DNA of 60,683 nucleotides, filler included. It is 4 parts of 4 records of this genome, joined end to end, with 100 filler letters (N's around TTAATTAATTAA, not from the genome) between each part and the next. Parts side by side here need not be neighbours in the genome. Positions count along the whole stretch, not along the records: positions 16,594 to 26,689 come from SRR31156797_16416; positions 26,790 to 34,549 come from SRR31156797_16425; 2 more parts are not named here. One strand, given 5' to 3'. This document shows, in pieces, positions 20,181-29,848 of the stretch (position 1 is the first letter of the stretch; each line of letters begins with the position of its first letter). The translations under genes and the position numbers were made by a program. The notes under the pieces were generated by a model that had not been told where the DNA came from, searched no databases, and saw only the letters and a list, made by a program, of their open reading frames with translations.

Positions 20181-20990
20181 ATGGCAAAACCAACCAGCCC
20201 AGCGGATATATTGAAATTGTTGAAAAAAACAAATTGCCGGGAATGCGGCGAACCGACTTGCCTTGCTTTTGCCGCGGCGGTCTTTAAAGGACGACATAAT
20301 ATTAATGAATGCCCGTATGTAGATCAGGAAACTCTGAAGGCCCATGGATTGGATGCGCCAGTGGCCGCGCCGAATGCAAATGTAGAACTGGATAAAACAG
20401 CAGCGAAACTGAAAAAAAAGGCGGCAGGAATGGACATGGCGGCTACGGCCTTAAAAGCAGGAGGCAAGCTCAAGAACGACCGATTGACAATCAGCGTAAT
20501 GGGGAAAGAATTTTCCCTGGATAAAGAAGGCGTGCTTCATTCGCAAATCCACCTCCATTCATGGATCACTATTCCTTTACTCAGCTATCTTTGTTACGGC
20601 CAGGGTAAGGTTCCTGAGGGACAGTGGGCGGCCTGGCGGGAGCTCTCCGGCGGAAGGGAATTTGAAGGATTGTATAAACAGATGATCGAAAATGCCTTGA
20701 ACAAGGTGGCTGAAGAATATACGGATATTTTTGAGGATATGCTTTTTGTCTTCAACGGCCGAAAAGTCGATCAGCTTTTCGATGCCGATATCTCCCTGGT
20801 CCTTTATCCGCTTCCAAAAGTCCCGATTTTAGTTTGTTATTGGGCGCCTGAAGACGGTTTGGAATCAAATCTGAATCTATATTTTGATCCCACCGCTGTT
20901 GACAATATGGGTGACATTAACGCCCTTTACACAATGACGGCCGGACTGGCCTCCATGTTTAAAAAAATCGCCCATAATCACGGCAGGTAA
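20181..20990 (+). CDS. Fe-S cluster domain plus DUF3786 protein
   Basis: N-terminal LKKTNCRECGEPTCLAFA...CPY; C-terminal WRELSGG and PLPKVP. Confidence 0.8.
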   Translation: MAKPTSPADILKLLKKTNCRECGEPTCLAFAAAVFKGRHNINECPYVDQETLKAHGLDAPVAAPNANVELDKTAAKLKKKAAGMDMAATALKAGGKLKNDRLTISVMGKEFSLDKEGVLHSQIHLHSWITIPLLSYLCYGQGKVPEGQWAAWRELSGGREFEGLYKQMIENALNKVAEEYTDIFEDMLFVFNGRKVDQLFDADISLVLYPLPKVPILVCYWAPEDGLESNLNLYFDPTAVDNMGDINALYTMTAGLASMFKKIAHNHGR

Positions 20991-21190
20991 GTTAGAAAAG
21001 AATCCTACATTGGTTGAAAATTATTCAGGACCGGCATTCTCATTAAACATTCCGGTATAAATGCACTGATAAATCAAATTCAAAATTGCATGGGCGCCAA
21101 ATGGCGGCGCCCATAAATAAGGCTTTGGTCTTTTCTATCAGAACGTTGATTGAGAACCTGAGGGTTTTACAGATCAACCGCGAAACGGCC

Positions 21191-22246
21191 TTATTGCTTG
21201 CCGAACGGGCATACCGGGTAGCGACAGACCTTACAGTTGAGACAGAATCCTCCATGACCCAATTCGGCCAGGTCGCGTCGTGTCAACTTGTCACCAGCCA
21301 GGATTCTCGGCAGAACAAGGTCAAAAATGGTTATGTCGTGAAACATGCCGCAGGCAGGCACGCCAATAACCGGTACATCGCCAATGTAAGCTATCAACAA
21401 CATGGCGCCCGGCAGGACGGCTGAACCGTAAAGCATTTCGCCCGCGCCCGCTTTCTCCACGCCAAGCCTGGTTACATCGTCCGGATCCACGGACATGCCC
21501 CCGGTAGTAATGATGAGTTTGGCGCCGTCGTCGATCATTGAATTAATTTGAGCCGCTATAAAGTCGGGATCGTCGGGCGCGAAAGCCGTCCTTAAAACAG
21601 GACAGCCGAAATATTCCAGCTTGGGTAGAACCGTGTTGACGAATTTATCTTCAATAAGCCCTGAATAGACCTCGTTGCCGGTAACTATCAAACCGGTAAG
21701 AAGGTCGGAAAATTCAAGCACTCGAAAGGTTCCGCCCGCCGACCGGGCCGCATCGGATGCTTCCTGGACGGTTGCGTGTGGAATAACCAACGGGATGGCC
21801 CTTGTTCCGGCAACGGCGTCCCCCTTTTCAACTACGGTGTTGTTGTGACGCCCGGCGCACATTACACCCTCTATCATATTAAATTCCGTCAAGACCGGAA
21901 CATCCACACGTAGAAGACCCCGCCTCCGGGCGGTTAAAGTGATTTTTCCTTCCGAAGGATTATTGTTATAGGTCACTCCTACGCCGGCCAATGAATCGGC
22001 CAGGATAAGAGCGGCTTCATCTTCATGCATCATGCCTTCCGGTATGTCCAGAATATACAGGTGTCTTTTACCAAGACGCTCCAAATGGGGAAGATCGGTC
22101 TCCGATACCACGTGACCCTTGCGGAAGGCAGGCCCTTTGAATTCTTCAGCCCTGATTTCAGTCAGGTCGTGAGCCAGAACCGTACCCACAGCCTCCCTCA
22201 GGGACACCTTGCGTCCATATGAATTATTATCCGTGTTGCCGCACAT
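21191..22246 (-). CDS. Molybdopterin-binding (MoeA-like) protein
   Basis: AVGTVLAHDLTEI, TGNEVYSG, TGGMSVDPDD, VLPGAM; C-terminal CxxCxxC-CPF. Confidence 0.85.
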   Translation of the reverse strand: MCGNTDNNSYGRKVSLREAVGTVLAHDLTEIRAEEFKGPAFRKGHVVSETDLPHLERLGKRHLYILDIPEGMMHEDEAALILADSLAGVGVTYNNNPSEGKITLTARRRGLLRVDVPVLTEFNMIEGVMCAGRHNNTVVEKGDAVAGTRAIPLVIPHATVQEASDAARSAGGTFRVLEFSDLLTGLIVTGNEVYSGLIEDKFVNTVLPKLEYFGCPVLRTAFAPDDPDFIAAQINSMIDDGAKLIITTGGMSVDPDDVTRLGVEKAGAGEMLYGSAVLPGAMLLIAYIGDVPVIGVPACGMFHDITIFDLVLPRILAGDKLTRRDLAELGHGGFCLNCKVCRYPVCPFGKQ

Positions 22247-22249
22247 TTT

Positions 22250-22891
22250 TCAGTGTCGTCCTCCAGAGCTTAAAGGATCGAAACGATCAGGATTATTAAC
22301 GACCGATACATGATCGAAATACGCCCCGCCCGCGCAAATCCGGCATAAGGAACGCCCGTCTACCCGCACGTCCCGGCGATGCCTTATCATGGCCCCGCAC
22401 TGCTCGCAGATTTTTTTATCCTGGTGAAATCCCGGCAGGTCTTCCGGCTTGATCTTAACTTTTACTTCCTCTACCTTGAATACATCATCAGCGGACAAAA
22501 GGCTGTAAGCTTTTATTTCTCGCTGAACCGCATTCAACTCCTCGGGCAACATCATCGAAGCCTTTTCCCTGCAATTTTCACGCACCGCAACCCGATAAGC
22601 CCTGTTATCCGCCAGATTGACAAATGTGGCCGCCATCAGGCCGTAATCCTTAAATTTCAAAGAACGGCGGCCCAGCTTCACCCCTGTTGTTGAGGTCAGT
22701 GCGTCCGCGGCGCAACGGTCGATTTCCACGAAAATTATGACCTTCTTGATGTTGGCGTCATCAAGAGGAGCCTCGAAACCCAGAAGCGCCAGCCCTAATA
22801 TGCCCATTCGTACGCCCAGAACCTGCCCGGGGCACATGTGGCCGTGGGTTTTCGCCGAAATTTCCAACAATTCTTTAAATGAAAGAGACAT
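22250..22891 (-). CDS. FmdE/FwdE-family protein with C-terminal zinc ribbon
   Basis: HGHMCPGQVLGVRMG, EIDRCAADA, CEQCG...LCRIC. Confidence 0.88.
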   Translation of the reverse strand: MSLSFKELLEISAKTHGHMCPGQVLGVRMGILGLALLGFEAPLDDANIKKVIIFVEIDRCAADALTSTTGVKLGRRSLKFKDYGLMAATFVNLADNRAYRVAVRENCREKASMMLPEELNAVQREIKAYSLLSADDVFKVEEVKVKIKPEDLPGFHQDKKICEQCGAMIRHRRDVRVDGRSLCRICAGGAYFDHVSVVNNPDRFDPLSSGGRH

Positions 22892-23099
22892 AATCACACT
22901 ATGCTAATCTTAACATATTACAGGTTGAAAAAAATTCCGTCCCATTGACGGCTATCTGTTAGAATACCAGCAGAACCTACAAAAGGTCAATAAAAAATTA
23001 TTCGCGTATATTGTTATGCTCGGGACTCCATAGCAGGTTCATTTCTGGATTGCCGGCGTTCGCCGATCAATATAGGGTTTGGGATGGGATTGTATAAAA

Positions 23100-23543
23100 C
23101 TAAATAAACCGAGAGGATATGGGGCCGGATGATGCGCTTGGGTCCAACGATTCGGAAGATTTTGAATTTTTGTTTAAAAGGCTGGCCAGTAAACTGAAAA
23201 AGCTGTCAACCTGCAAGGGTTTTCTGAAACTGTGAGTGGCGCCGAATGAATTGTTCTCGTCATTCTCACTCCTGGCCAGGGCCGGAACAAGGTCGATTAT
23301 GGGTAGGCCGGGGAACGTATTCCGGGTTTTGGTAATAAGATCGCGTGAAGATATTCCAGGTTGGGGCAGGGAGACTATTACGGCGGTCCCTTTTTCAGTA
23401 TCAGTTTGTTTTTGCAGGAGTTCCAGGTCGGCAGGGGTAAGGCGGCCTATAACGACATTTTCTTGGGCCAGTTTTAAATTTAGGAGCCTGGCCAGGTATT
23501 TATCCGAGTCAATAAGCCAAATTGTTCTTTTACCCGTGTTCAT
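23100..23543 (-). CDS. Single-domain atypical receiver (CheY-like) protein
   Basis: IWLIDSD, VIVSLPQPG (Ser at the phospho-Asp position), PGLPII, GATHSFRKP. Confidence 0.6.
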   Translation of the reverse strand: MNTGKRTIWLIDSDKYLARLLNLKLAQENVVIGRLTPADLELLQKQTDTEKGTAVIVSLPQPGISSRDLITKTRNTFPGLPIIDLVPALARSENDENNSFGATHSFRKPLQVDSFFSLLASLLNKNSKSSESLDPSASSGPISSRFI

Positions 23544-23555
23544 GCAAGCAGGTTA

Positions 23556-23571
23556 TTCAATTCATATGCCA
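23556..23571 (-). promoter_or_regulatory. Putative sigma54 promoter
   Basis: Minus strand TGGCA-TATGAA-TTGAA with correct -24/-12 spacing (TTGA variant). Confidence 0.5.
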
Positions 23572-23795
23572 CAACTATTTAAAATGGCTTTTACTTTATT
23601 TAGGAAAATGAGGAGGTTCGGACTTCGAATGACAATACTGTCAGGCAGAGAGATAGTTTGAGTGAAAACAGTGTATTATGGGTTGAAGACTGTCGGCGTT
23701 ACGGCAAATGTCGCCTTATTGGCTTCAATTGAGACTAAAATGCTCTCAAAAAGTAAAATCCCGATAAAGCCGTATCAAGTTTGCGGTTTGTCCAC

Positions 23796-23814
23796 TTGTA
23801 ACCAAAGGTTACAA
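23796..23814. promoter_or_regulatory. Palindromic enhancer-like site
   Basis: TTGTAACC-AAA-GGTTACAA perfect palindrome; extra half-site GTTACAA at 23851-23857. Confidence 0.55.
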
Positions 23815-23857
23815 TTCGGCCGATAAATCCTGATTCTGCTGCTACGAAACGTTACAA

Positions 23858-25228
23858 TTATTTTTTCGTCTGCAAGCCCAAACGAATCATTCTTTCGGCA
23901 AGAGTCTTTCTGGAAATGCCTAAAAGCGCAGAGGCATGGGTTTTATTGTTCCGGCAACGTTCCATGGCTGCTGTAATCAGGATGCGCTCCATTTTTTCCA
24001 GGTTTAATCCGCCGGCGCCCTCTTCGGGCCGGACCTGGCCCGGAAAAATGTCGGCGGCTGTTATTTCGTCGCCCCTTGTTGTAATGATTGCTCTTTCCAA
24101 CAGGTTTTCCAATTCCCTGACATTGCCCGGCCAGGAATGTTGATGAAGATAGGCCAGGGACTCGCCGGACAGTAGTTTGGTCGGACGTCCCAGTTTTTGA
24201 GTCGCTTTGTCCAAAAGATGAATCGCCAGGGGATAAATATCGTCCAAACGTTCTCTTAAGGGAGGAATATGAATCGGATAAACGGCCAGTCTGTAGTAAA
24301 GGTCCCGACGAAACCGGCCGTTTTCAACTTCTTCTTCCATGTTGCGGTTGGTGGCCGCAATGAGCCTGAAATCGGAGCGCAGCGGTTCCTGGCCGCCGAC
24401 CCGGTAAAAAGTGGATCCTTCCAGAACGCGCAACAGTTTGGCCTGGATGTCCATGGATGTTTCAGCTATTTCATCTAAAAACAGTGTGGCCCCGTGGGCG
24501 CGTTCAAATATTCCTAAGCGCCTGGATGTCGCCCCGGTAAAGGCGCCGCGCTCATGTCCAAAAAGCTCGGTTTCCAGCAAGGTGCCGGCAAACTCCACAC
24601 ATGAAATGGATATGAAGGGTCTATGGGCTCTTCGGCTCATTTGGTGCACCGCCCTGGCCGCGACCTCCTTGCCCGTGCCCGTTTCCCCTGTAATTAAAAC
24701 CGTGGAAGGCAACGGGGCCACCCTCTTGATAGACTCTACTATGTCGATCCAGGACTCGCTGGAGCCTATCAGCCGGCTTTCAGGGGCTGTTTTGGCATGG
24801 TCGCGCCGAAGAACCTCCAGTTCGTCGTCCTTTATTTTGCCGGATGCGGCTTCAGCTACTACCTTCCAAAAAAGATCGAGATCGGCCAGCGGTTTCTGAA
24901 AGTAATGATACGCGCCTTTTTTAAGCGCTTCCACTGCTTTGTCCACGGTGCCGAAAGCTGTTAGAATTATTACCGGCAAGTCCGGTCGCCTCTCATTGAG
25001 CTTGTTGAAAAGCTCCATGCCGTCCAGCCCCGGCATATGCACGTCCGTAACAACCACATCCAGGACGTTCTTGTCCGCGACCTGCAAGGCCTCCTCAGCA
25101 GAATTAACTGTTATTATTTCAAAAAGTTGATCACGTCCCTGTTGTTTCGCCGCCTGGACGAATAATAATAAAAAAGACCTGTCGTCATCGACAAGCAGCA
25201 GGCGTTTCCTTGTTGCAACCGGACTCAC
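23858..25228 (-). CDS. NtrC-type sigma54-dependent response regulator
   Basis: Receiver (LLVDDD, TDVHMPG), GETGTGKE, ELFGHERGAFTGA, WPGNVREL, Fis-type HTH. Confidence 0.95.
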   Translation of the reverse strand: MSPVATRKRLLLVDDDRSFLLLFVQAAKQQGRDQLFEIITVNSAEEALQVADKNVLDVVVTDVHMPGLDGMELFNKLNERRPDLPVIILTAFGTVDKAVEALKKGAYHYFQKPLADLDLFWKVVAEAASGKIKDDELEVLRRDHAKTAPESRLIGSSESWIDIVESIKRVAPLPSTVLITGETGTGKEVAARAVHQMSRRAHRPFISISCVEFAGTLLETELFGHERGAFTGATSRRLGIFERAHGATLFLDEIAETSMDIQAKLLRVLEGSTFYRVGGQEPLRSDFRLIAATNRNMEEEVENGRFRRDLYYRLAVYPIHIPPLRERLDDIYPLAIHLLDKATQKLGRPTKLLSGESLAYLHQHSWPGNVRELENLLERAIITTRGDEITAADIFPGQVRPEEGAGGLNLEKMERILITAAMERCRNNKTHASALLGISRKTLAERMIRLGLQTKK

Positions 25229-25556
25229 TATGAATACTCTCTGTTTCCTGACAGTATGGTAATGTTGAAAAAATAAAATACAGACTTGGTCCGCTCAACA
25301 TGTATCAAGGGCGGCAAACAGTCTAATAACTGAATGTTTTCAAATTAATATTTTGATTATCCGCCGTCGGCCGCGGCATATTAAGACGATTGATAACGCC
25401 AAAAAGGCATTTTGATAGAAAAAGGCGGGTAAGGGATCAGTCTGAAGCAAAAGAAAAACGGCCCATCCGGTTAGGACGGACCACTCTAATGCTCTTTCCG
25501 TCCGCCAAGGCGATAGGCGCCTTGGCGAAAAACGATACTTTTCCTTTAATTCCCGC

Positions 25557-25847
25557 CTATTCGTTGTCTTGCAGGTCGTCGACCCTTTCCTTAAGCTCTT
25601 TACCAACCTTAAAGAAAGGCAACTTTTTGGATTTGACTTCGATTACTTCCCCGGTCTTGGGATTACGACCGGTGTAGCTCTCATAATGCTTTACCTTGAA
25701 TGATCCGAAGCCTCTAATTTCCGCCCTGTTTTCGATCGCCAACCCATCGGTGATGGCATCGAAAAAGGTGTTGACTACCAACTCCGCCTTTTTAAGGGTC
25801 AGACCTTCTTTTTTTGCCAGTACCTCAACCAATTGTGATTTATTCAT
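25557..25847 (-). CDS. ihfB: Integration host factor beta / HU-family protein
   Basis: MNKSQLV, EIRGFGSF, GRNPKTGE, PFFKVGKELKERV. Confidence 0.85.
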   Translation of the reverse strand: MNKSQLVEVLAKKEGLTLKKAELVVNTFFDAITDGLAIENRAEIRGFGSFKVKHYESYTGRNPKTGEVIEVKSKKLPFFKVGKELKERVDDLQDNE

Positions 25848-26005
25848 ATCTCACTCCAGACATGTTGCATTAATTGACCGGAATCTCTTAACTTAATAGA
25901 CACTCATGCTAAAAAAGTCAAGAAAAAAACAGTATTGCCTGAAACACGCTGACAGTTCAGCAAAAATTGCACTTATTCCAAATGTAACTTATTTCCACAT
26001 ACTAC

Positions 26006-26689
26006 TCAAGTGGAATTTCTCGATAATTCGGGCCGGCCGTCTTCCTTGACTTCGAATTTATATCCATATCCCTGGCAGACGTAGGCCAACGGCCGTCCGA
26101 GAATGAAATCCATGACCTCGGTTGAAAGTTGAAATTTCTTTATGACAAATTCGCGGACGTGCAGGTCGTAAAGAATCATTTCCATTACTTTTTCTCGGAT
26201 TGATTCATCATCGATCCCGTCCTTGCCTATTTTTTGGGCCAATTCGTCCAGCGAACATTTTTCATCATGTTGCCGGATTATCGGTTCAAGGGGGTTGTCC
26301 TTTCCCAAAAGATCCAATCTGCTTAAAGGGGGCAGCTTTAACAACGTGTCAAAGCGGGAAGGATCCCAGCATTCCATTATACGGCACTGAAACGGACGGT
26401 CCTCGTATACCAGGCAAGCGTCTCCGCCCGGAGAAAGAAAAATGCATGTGCGATTATCAGGCGCGGATTTAAGCTTTACCTGTTCACAATCAAGGGCGAT
26501 TATTCTGCCCGCGCGATTTGAATAAGCCGGTTCCCCCCGGCGAAGGGTTACAATATCAGTGTGTTTAATTGCGCCCTTGGCCAGGGAAGGGCGGTCCTGG
26601 TCGTAAAGAACCGGGCTGCCTTTTCGACAGCATTCCCCGCATCTCACGCAAAAAGTACGGGATAAACGAACGGCTTCCCAGAGGCGATC
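26006..26689 (-). CDS. YkgJ-family cysteine-cluster protein (5' truncated)
   Basis: CVRCGECC, CIFL, CLVYEDRPFQCR; frame stays open to the contig end. Confidence 0.85.
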   Translation of the reverse strand, partial: DRLWEAVRLSRTFCVRCGECCRKGSPVLYDQDRPSLAKGAIKHTDIVTLRRGEPAYSNRAGRIIALDCEQVKLKSAPDNRTCIFLSPGGDACLVYEDRPFQCRIMECWDPSRFDTLLKLPPLSRLDLLGKDNPLEPIIRQHDEKCSLDELAQKIGKDGIDDESIREKVMEMILYDLHVREFVIKKFQLSTEVMDFILGRPLAYVCQGYGYKFEVKEDGRPELSRNST

Positions 26690-26789
26690 NNNNNNNNNNN
26701 NNNNNNNNNNNNNNNNNNNNNNNNNNNNNNNNNTTAATTAATTAANNNNNNNNNNNNNNNNNNNNNNNNNNNNNNNNNNNNNNNNNNNN
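26690..26789. other. Artificial contig linker
   Basis: N44-TTAATTAATTAA-N44. Confidence 0.99.
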
Positions 26790-27088
26790 CGGATTCCCAT
26801 GTCCTGTATTCCATTGCGGGTGTATGCAACATAACCAAATTGTGCAATGGCTTCGTCATTTGCGTTTTTAATATTCATTGTAGCAGCTGTGGCTGTGTAG
26901 TCGATGGTTTTACCATCAACTTTAATGCTGTGCTGTGTTACACTTTCCTGTAACTCTGGCACTGGCATGTCTTCTTTTTCTTCCTTTGATTTTCCAGGTT
27001 TTTCCTGAGTGGGCTGAGCATTTATTGATGTTGACATTCCGAGTACCAACACCGATACCCATAATAAGCTTGAGAAATACGTTTTCAT
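26790..27088 (-). CDS. Peptidase S10-like protein, N-terminal part
   Basis: Signal peptide; SVTQHSIKVDGKTIDYTATA...YVAYT resembles bacterial S10 carboxypeptidase N-termini; truncated by the gap. Confidence 0.7.
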
Positions 27089-27430
27089 CTTTATCTATTT
27101 TGAATATGTGAAAAATTAGAAGTGAAATTTAATAATCATATGTTACTTTTTGATGTAAAATGCACGCTCGTGTCAACATAATAACATTTAGATTAAGGGG
27201 ATTGTGACTTTTGTCAACTATTGAGGGGCCTTTGTTGCAGCTAATGTTATTGTTAGCATTGGCTGGGATTTATCTTCCGAAGATTTTGAAAGGCACAATT
27301 AAAGTAAATTAGAAAATTAAACGTTGTTTTTTCACTTTCGCGAGGCGCAGAATCGCGAATGGAGTGCAAATGAGATTAGACAATATCTTCGAAGTCAAAA
27401 TAGAGATACTTTCCTCAAAATTCCTTTAGA

Positions 27431-27504
27431 GGAATAGGCTTAGTAACAATATTGGACAAATGGTCGGTGGGTTGTTGTGCATCGATAAAAGAAAAATTGT
27501 GTTT
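27431..27504 (-). pseudogene. Degenerate duplicate of an aat 3' segment
   Basis: 64 of 74 nt identical, ungapped, to 27856-27929. Confidence 0.8.
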
Positions 27505-27776
27505 TGAGTAAAAGCATTATTTTTATTTTCCTCACTATTCTTTTGTTAAAATTCTTGGATGTTAGGGATATTGAGAAAGATAAATGCTATCATAAAATAT
27601 GAAAAAATTAGTACTATGATTCCATATTTTTCTTGCATGATTTACAAAGAAACTAAAAAAGGATTGAGAGAATTAGCAGGTAATATCCCGTTCATGCTCC
27701 ATGCTGGTTCGTGATTTATCCCGTATCTTATACTCAATATAATCAGCACAAATCACCTTGGTCTATGTCATCAATG

Positions 27777-28439
27777 TTACATCAGACCTGTCCATTTTCC
27801 CCGCAAGCTATCCTCTTTTAAAGCTTTTCCCAACATCTCCAAAAATTTTTTTCTCGGAATAGGCTTGGCTCCCAAACTGGACAAATGGTCGGTGGGCTGT
27901 TGTGCATCGATATAAGCAAAATTGTGTTTAAGGGCAAACTGCACTAAGTGGAAGAACGCAAATTTACTGGCGTCGCTTTTGGTAAAAAACATCGACTCGC
28001 CAAAAAAGCATTTGCCCAATGAAATGCCATAAAGTCCACCAACCAGTTTGTCTTCAAAATATGTTTCAAAAGAATGAGCATAACCAAGCTTATGCAAATT
28101 TATATAGGCTTCAATCATATCATTGGTAATCCAGGTGAGGTCTTCATGGCGGCGTTTTATCTCGGCACAGGCTGTAATTACTTCCCGAAAGGCGGTATCG
28201 ATGCGCAACTCAAAAGTGCCTTTGTTAAGTGTTTGGCGTAAACTTTTTTTTAGTTTGAAATCTTCAGGCAGTAATACCATTCGCGGATTGGGTGAATACC
28301 ATAAAATGGGCTCGCCCTCGCAAAACCACGGAAAAATTCCCTGGCAATAAGCCGAGAGTAAATATTCGGGGGTAAGTTTACCACCTTGAGCAAGCAAACC
28401 TTCATCATCGGCCTGGTTGGGATCGGGAAATTGTATCAT
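27777..28439 (-). CDS. aat: Leucyl/phenylalanyl-tRNA--protein transferase
   Basis: GLLAQGG, AYCQGIFPWF, WYSPNPR, LVGGLYG, FFGESMF, DASK; start at MIQFPDP. Confidence 0.95.
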   Translation of the reverse strand: MIQFPDPNQADDEGLLAQGGKLTPEYLLSAYCQGIFPWFCEGEPILWYSPNPRMVLLPEDFKLKKSLRQTLNKGTFELRIDTAFREVITACAEIKRRHEDLTWITNDMIEAYINLHKLGYAHSFETYFEDKLVGGLYGISLGKCFFGESMFFTKSDASKFAFFHLVQFALKHNFAYIDAQQPTDHLSSLGAKPIPRKKFLEMLGKALKEDSLRGKWTGLM

Positions 28440-28443
28440 CCGG

Positions 28444-28451
28444 CAAAGATA
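28444..28451 (-). promoter_or_regulatory. Bacteroidota -7 element directly above the aat ATG
   Basis: Minus strand TATCTTTG-CCGG-ATG. Confidence 0.6.
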
Positions 28452-28584
28452 ATAAACCGAAAGATGAACACTAAAACATAAAGACGCGAAGCAATAAATT
28501 TTTAAAAGCAAGGCAACTAAGTGGAACCCGCGATTTTTTGCGCCTTAGTAGCTTTGTATGGAACAGGCATAAAATAATTTTTAA

Positions 28585-28592
28585 TACATTTG
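28585..28592 (+). promoter_or_regulatory. Bacteroidota -7 element
   Basis: TACATTTG upstream of the CDS at 28621. Confidence 0.5.
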
Positions 28593-28620
28593 GGTTTTTC
28601 TATTTAAAACAATTAGAACA

Positions 28621-29730
28621 ATGAGATTTATAGCACTGATTATTGCCGTACTGTTGGTGGTTCCCTCTTTCGGACAGCGTAAAAAGAAGGAAGACGAATT
28701 GGTAGTAACACCTACCTATGTGGAAGGAATTGCTTATGCTTTACCTCGAACAGGTATTAAAGTTCATGTTAAGGCTGTACGCCAAAAGTTTGAACCTGGT
28801 CCTTATGCCATTTATGCCGAACAACTTTTGGGTATTAAAGAAGCTAAAACTGTAGCCGAAACAAAGTGGGCTATCTCGGGTGTTTCAATAGAAACTTTTG
28901 CTGAACCAGATCCGGAGCAGGTGTACAAGGCCATGGGGGAAATTGCCTTCCTGGTGAATCTGTCACCTAATGGTTGTCTGGCAGGAGTAAACAGTCAGGG
29001 AACAGCAGTGTGCATAAAACAGCCTGCGTCTAATAAAACCTACCAGAAACCTGATTTTAAAGATGGTTTTTCCTTTGATTATTTTACCGATACACCAAGT
29101 TTTTATCCAGGAGATTCTACAAATAATTTCCGTCCAACCAAAGTAAGTGTTGAACAAAAAGCGGCTGAAGCTGCACAGCGCATTCTCGATTGCCGAATGA
29201 ACCAATACGATTTGGCTGCGCTTATGATGGATGGTGAACATCCGGATGGTAAGGCCTATGAGGTAAGCTTAAAAGAACTAAAAAAAATAGAAAAAGATTA
29301 TATCCAGTTATTTACCGGACGGACTACCTTTAAAAAAGAAAGTTACAGTTTCGATTATGTGCCGGGATCAACGGTAAAAAGCGGCCAGGTAATATTCCGT
29401 ATATCTGATGAAAATGGAGTATTGCCGGCTTCCGATCTATCGGGAAAACCGGTAATGGTGGAATTTAGCCAGGTGGAAACGCTGAACAAAGCATATGTCG
29501 AAAAAGCTTCTTCAGAGAATCCTGATGCCGGTGCTTCCGGATTATATTATCGTATGCCGGGAGTGGCTACGGTACGTATTGTTCACGAAATGAGAGAAAT
29601 TGCCTCTACACGTGCTTCTATTGCACAGTTTGGGGTTGTGGCTCCCATACCGGAAGATTTGCTAGGCGGAGATTATGCCCTGGAATTTCATCCCGAAACC
29701 GGTGCCATAAAATCTGTATCGAAAAAATAG
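28621..29730 (+). CDS. DUF4831 family protein
   Basis: YALPRT, PGPYAIYAEQLLG, KAAEAAQRI, GLYYRMP, IAQFG. Confidence 0.8.
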   Translation: MRFIALIIAVLLVVPSFGQRKKKEDELVVTPTYVEGIAYALPRTGIKVHVKAVRQKFEPGPYAIYAEQLLGIKEAKTVAETKWAISGVSIETFAEPDPEQVYKAMGEIAFLVNLSPNGCLAGVNSQGTAVCIKQPASNKTYQKPDFKDGFSFDYFTDTPSFYPGDSTNNFRPTKVSVEQKAAEAAQRILDCRMNQYDLAALMMDGEHPDGKAYEVSLKELKKIEKDYIQLFTGRTTFKKESYSFDYVPGSTVKSGQVIFRISDENGVLPASDLSGKPVMVEFSQVETLNKAYVEKASSENPDAGASGLYYRMPGVATVRIVHEMREIASTRASIAQFGVVAPIPEDLLGGDYALEFHPETGAIKSVSKK

Positions 29731-29744
29731 AATTTAAAAATATT

Positions 29745-29776
29745 AAAGGACAACCGGTTAAGGTTGTCCTTTTTTT
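29745..29776 (+). terminator. Intrinsic terminator
   Basis: AAAGGACAACC-GGTTAA-GGTTGTCCTTT plus T tract. Confidence 0.8.
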
Positions 29777-29848
29777 ATGAAGTCATTTTTATGGCACTTA
29801 AATTTTCTTATTTTTAGCGGCTTAGAAAAAACTCAAAAAAATAAAAGT

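Noticed and set aside
27431-27929. aat repeat pair as a DGR template/variable repeat
   Set aside because: Mismatches are not adenine-specific on either strand (6 A and 4 T in the copy), and no reverse transcriptase is present.
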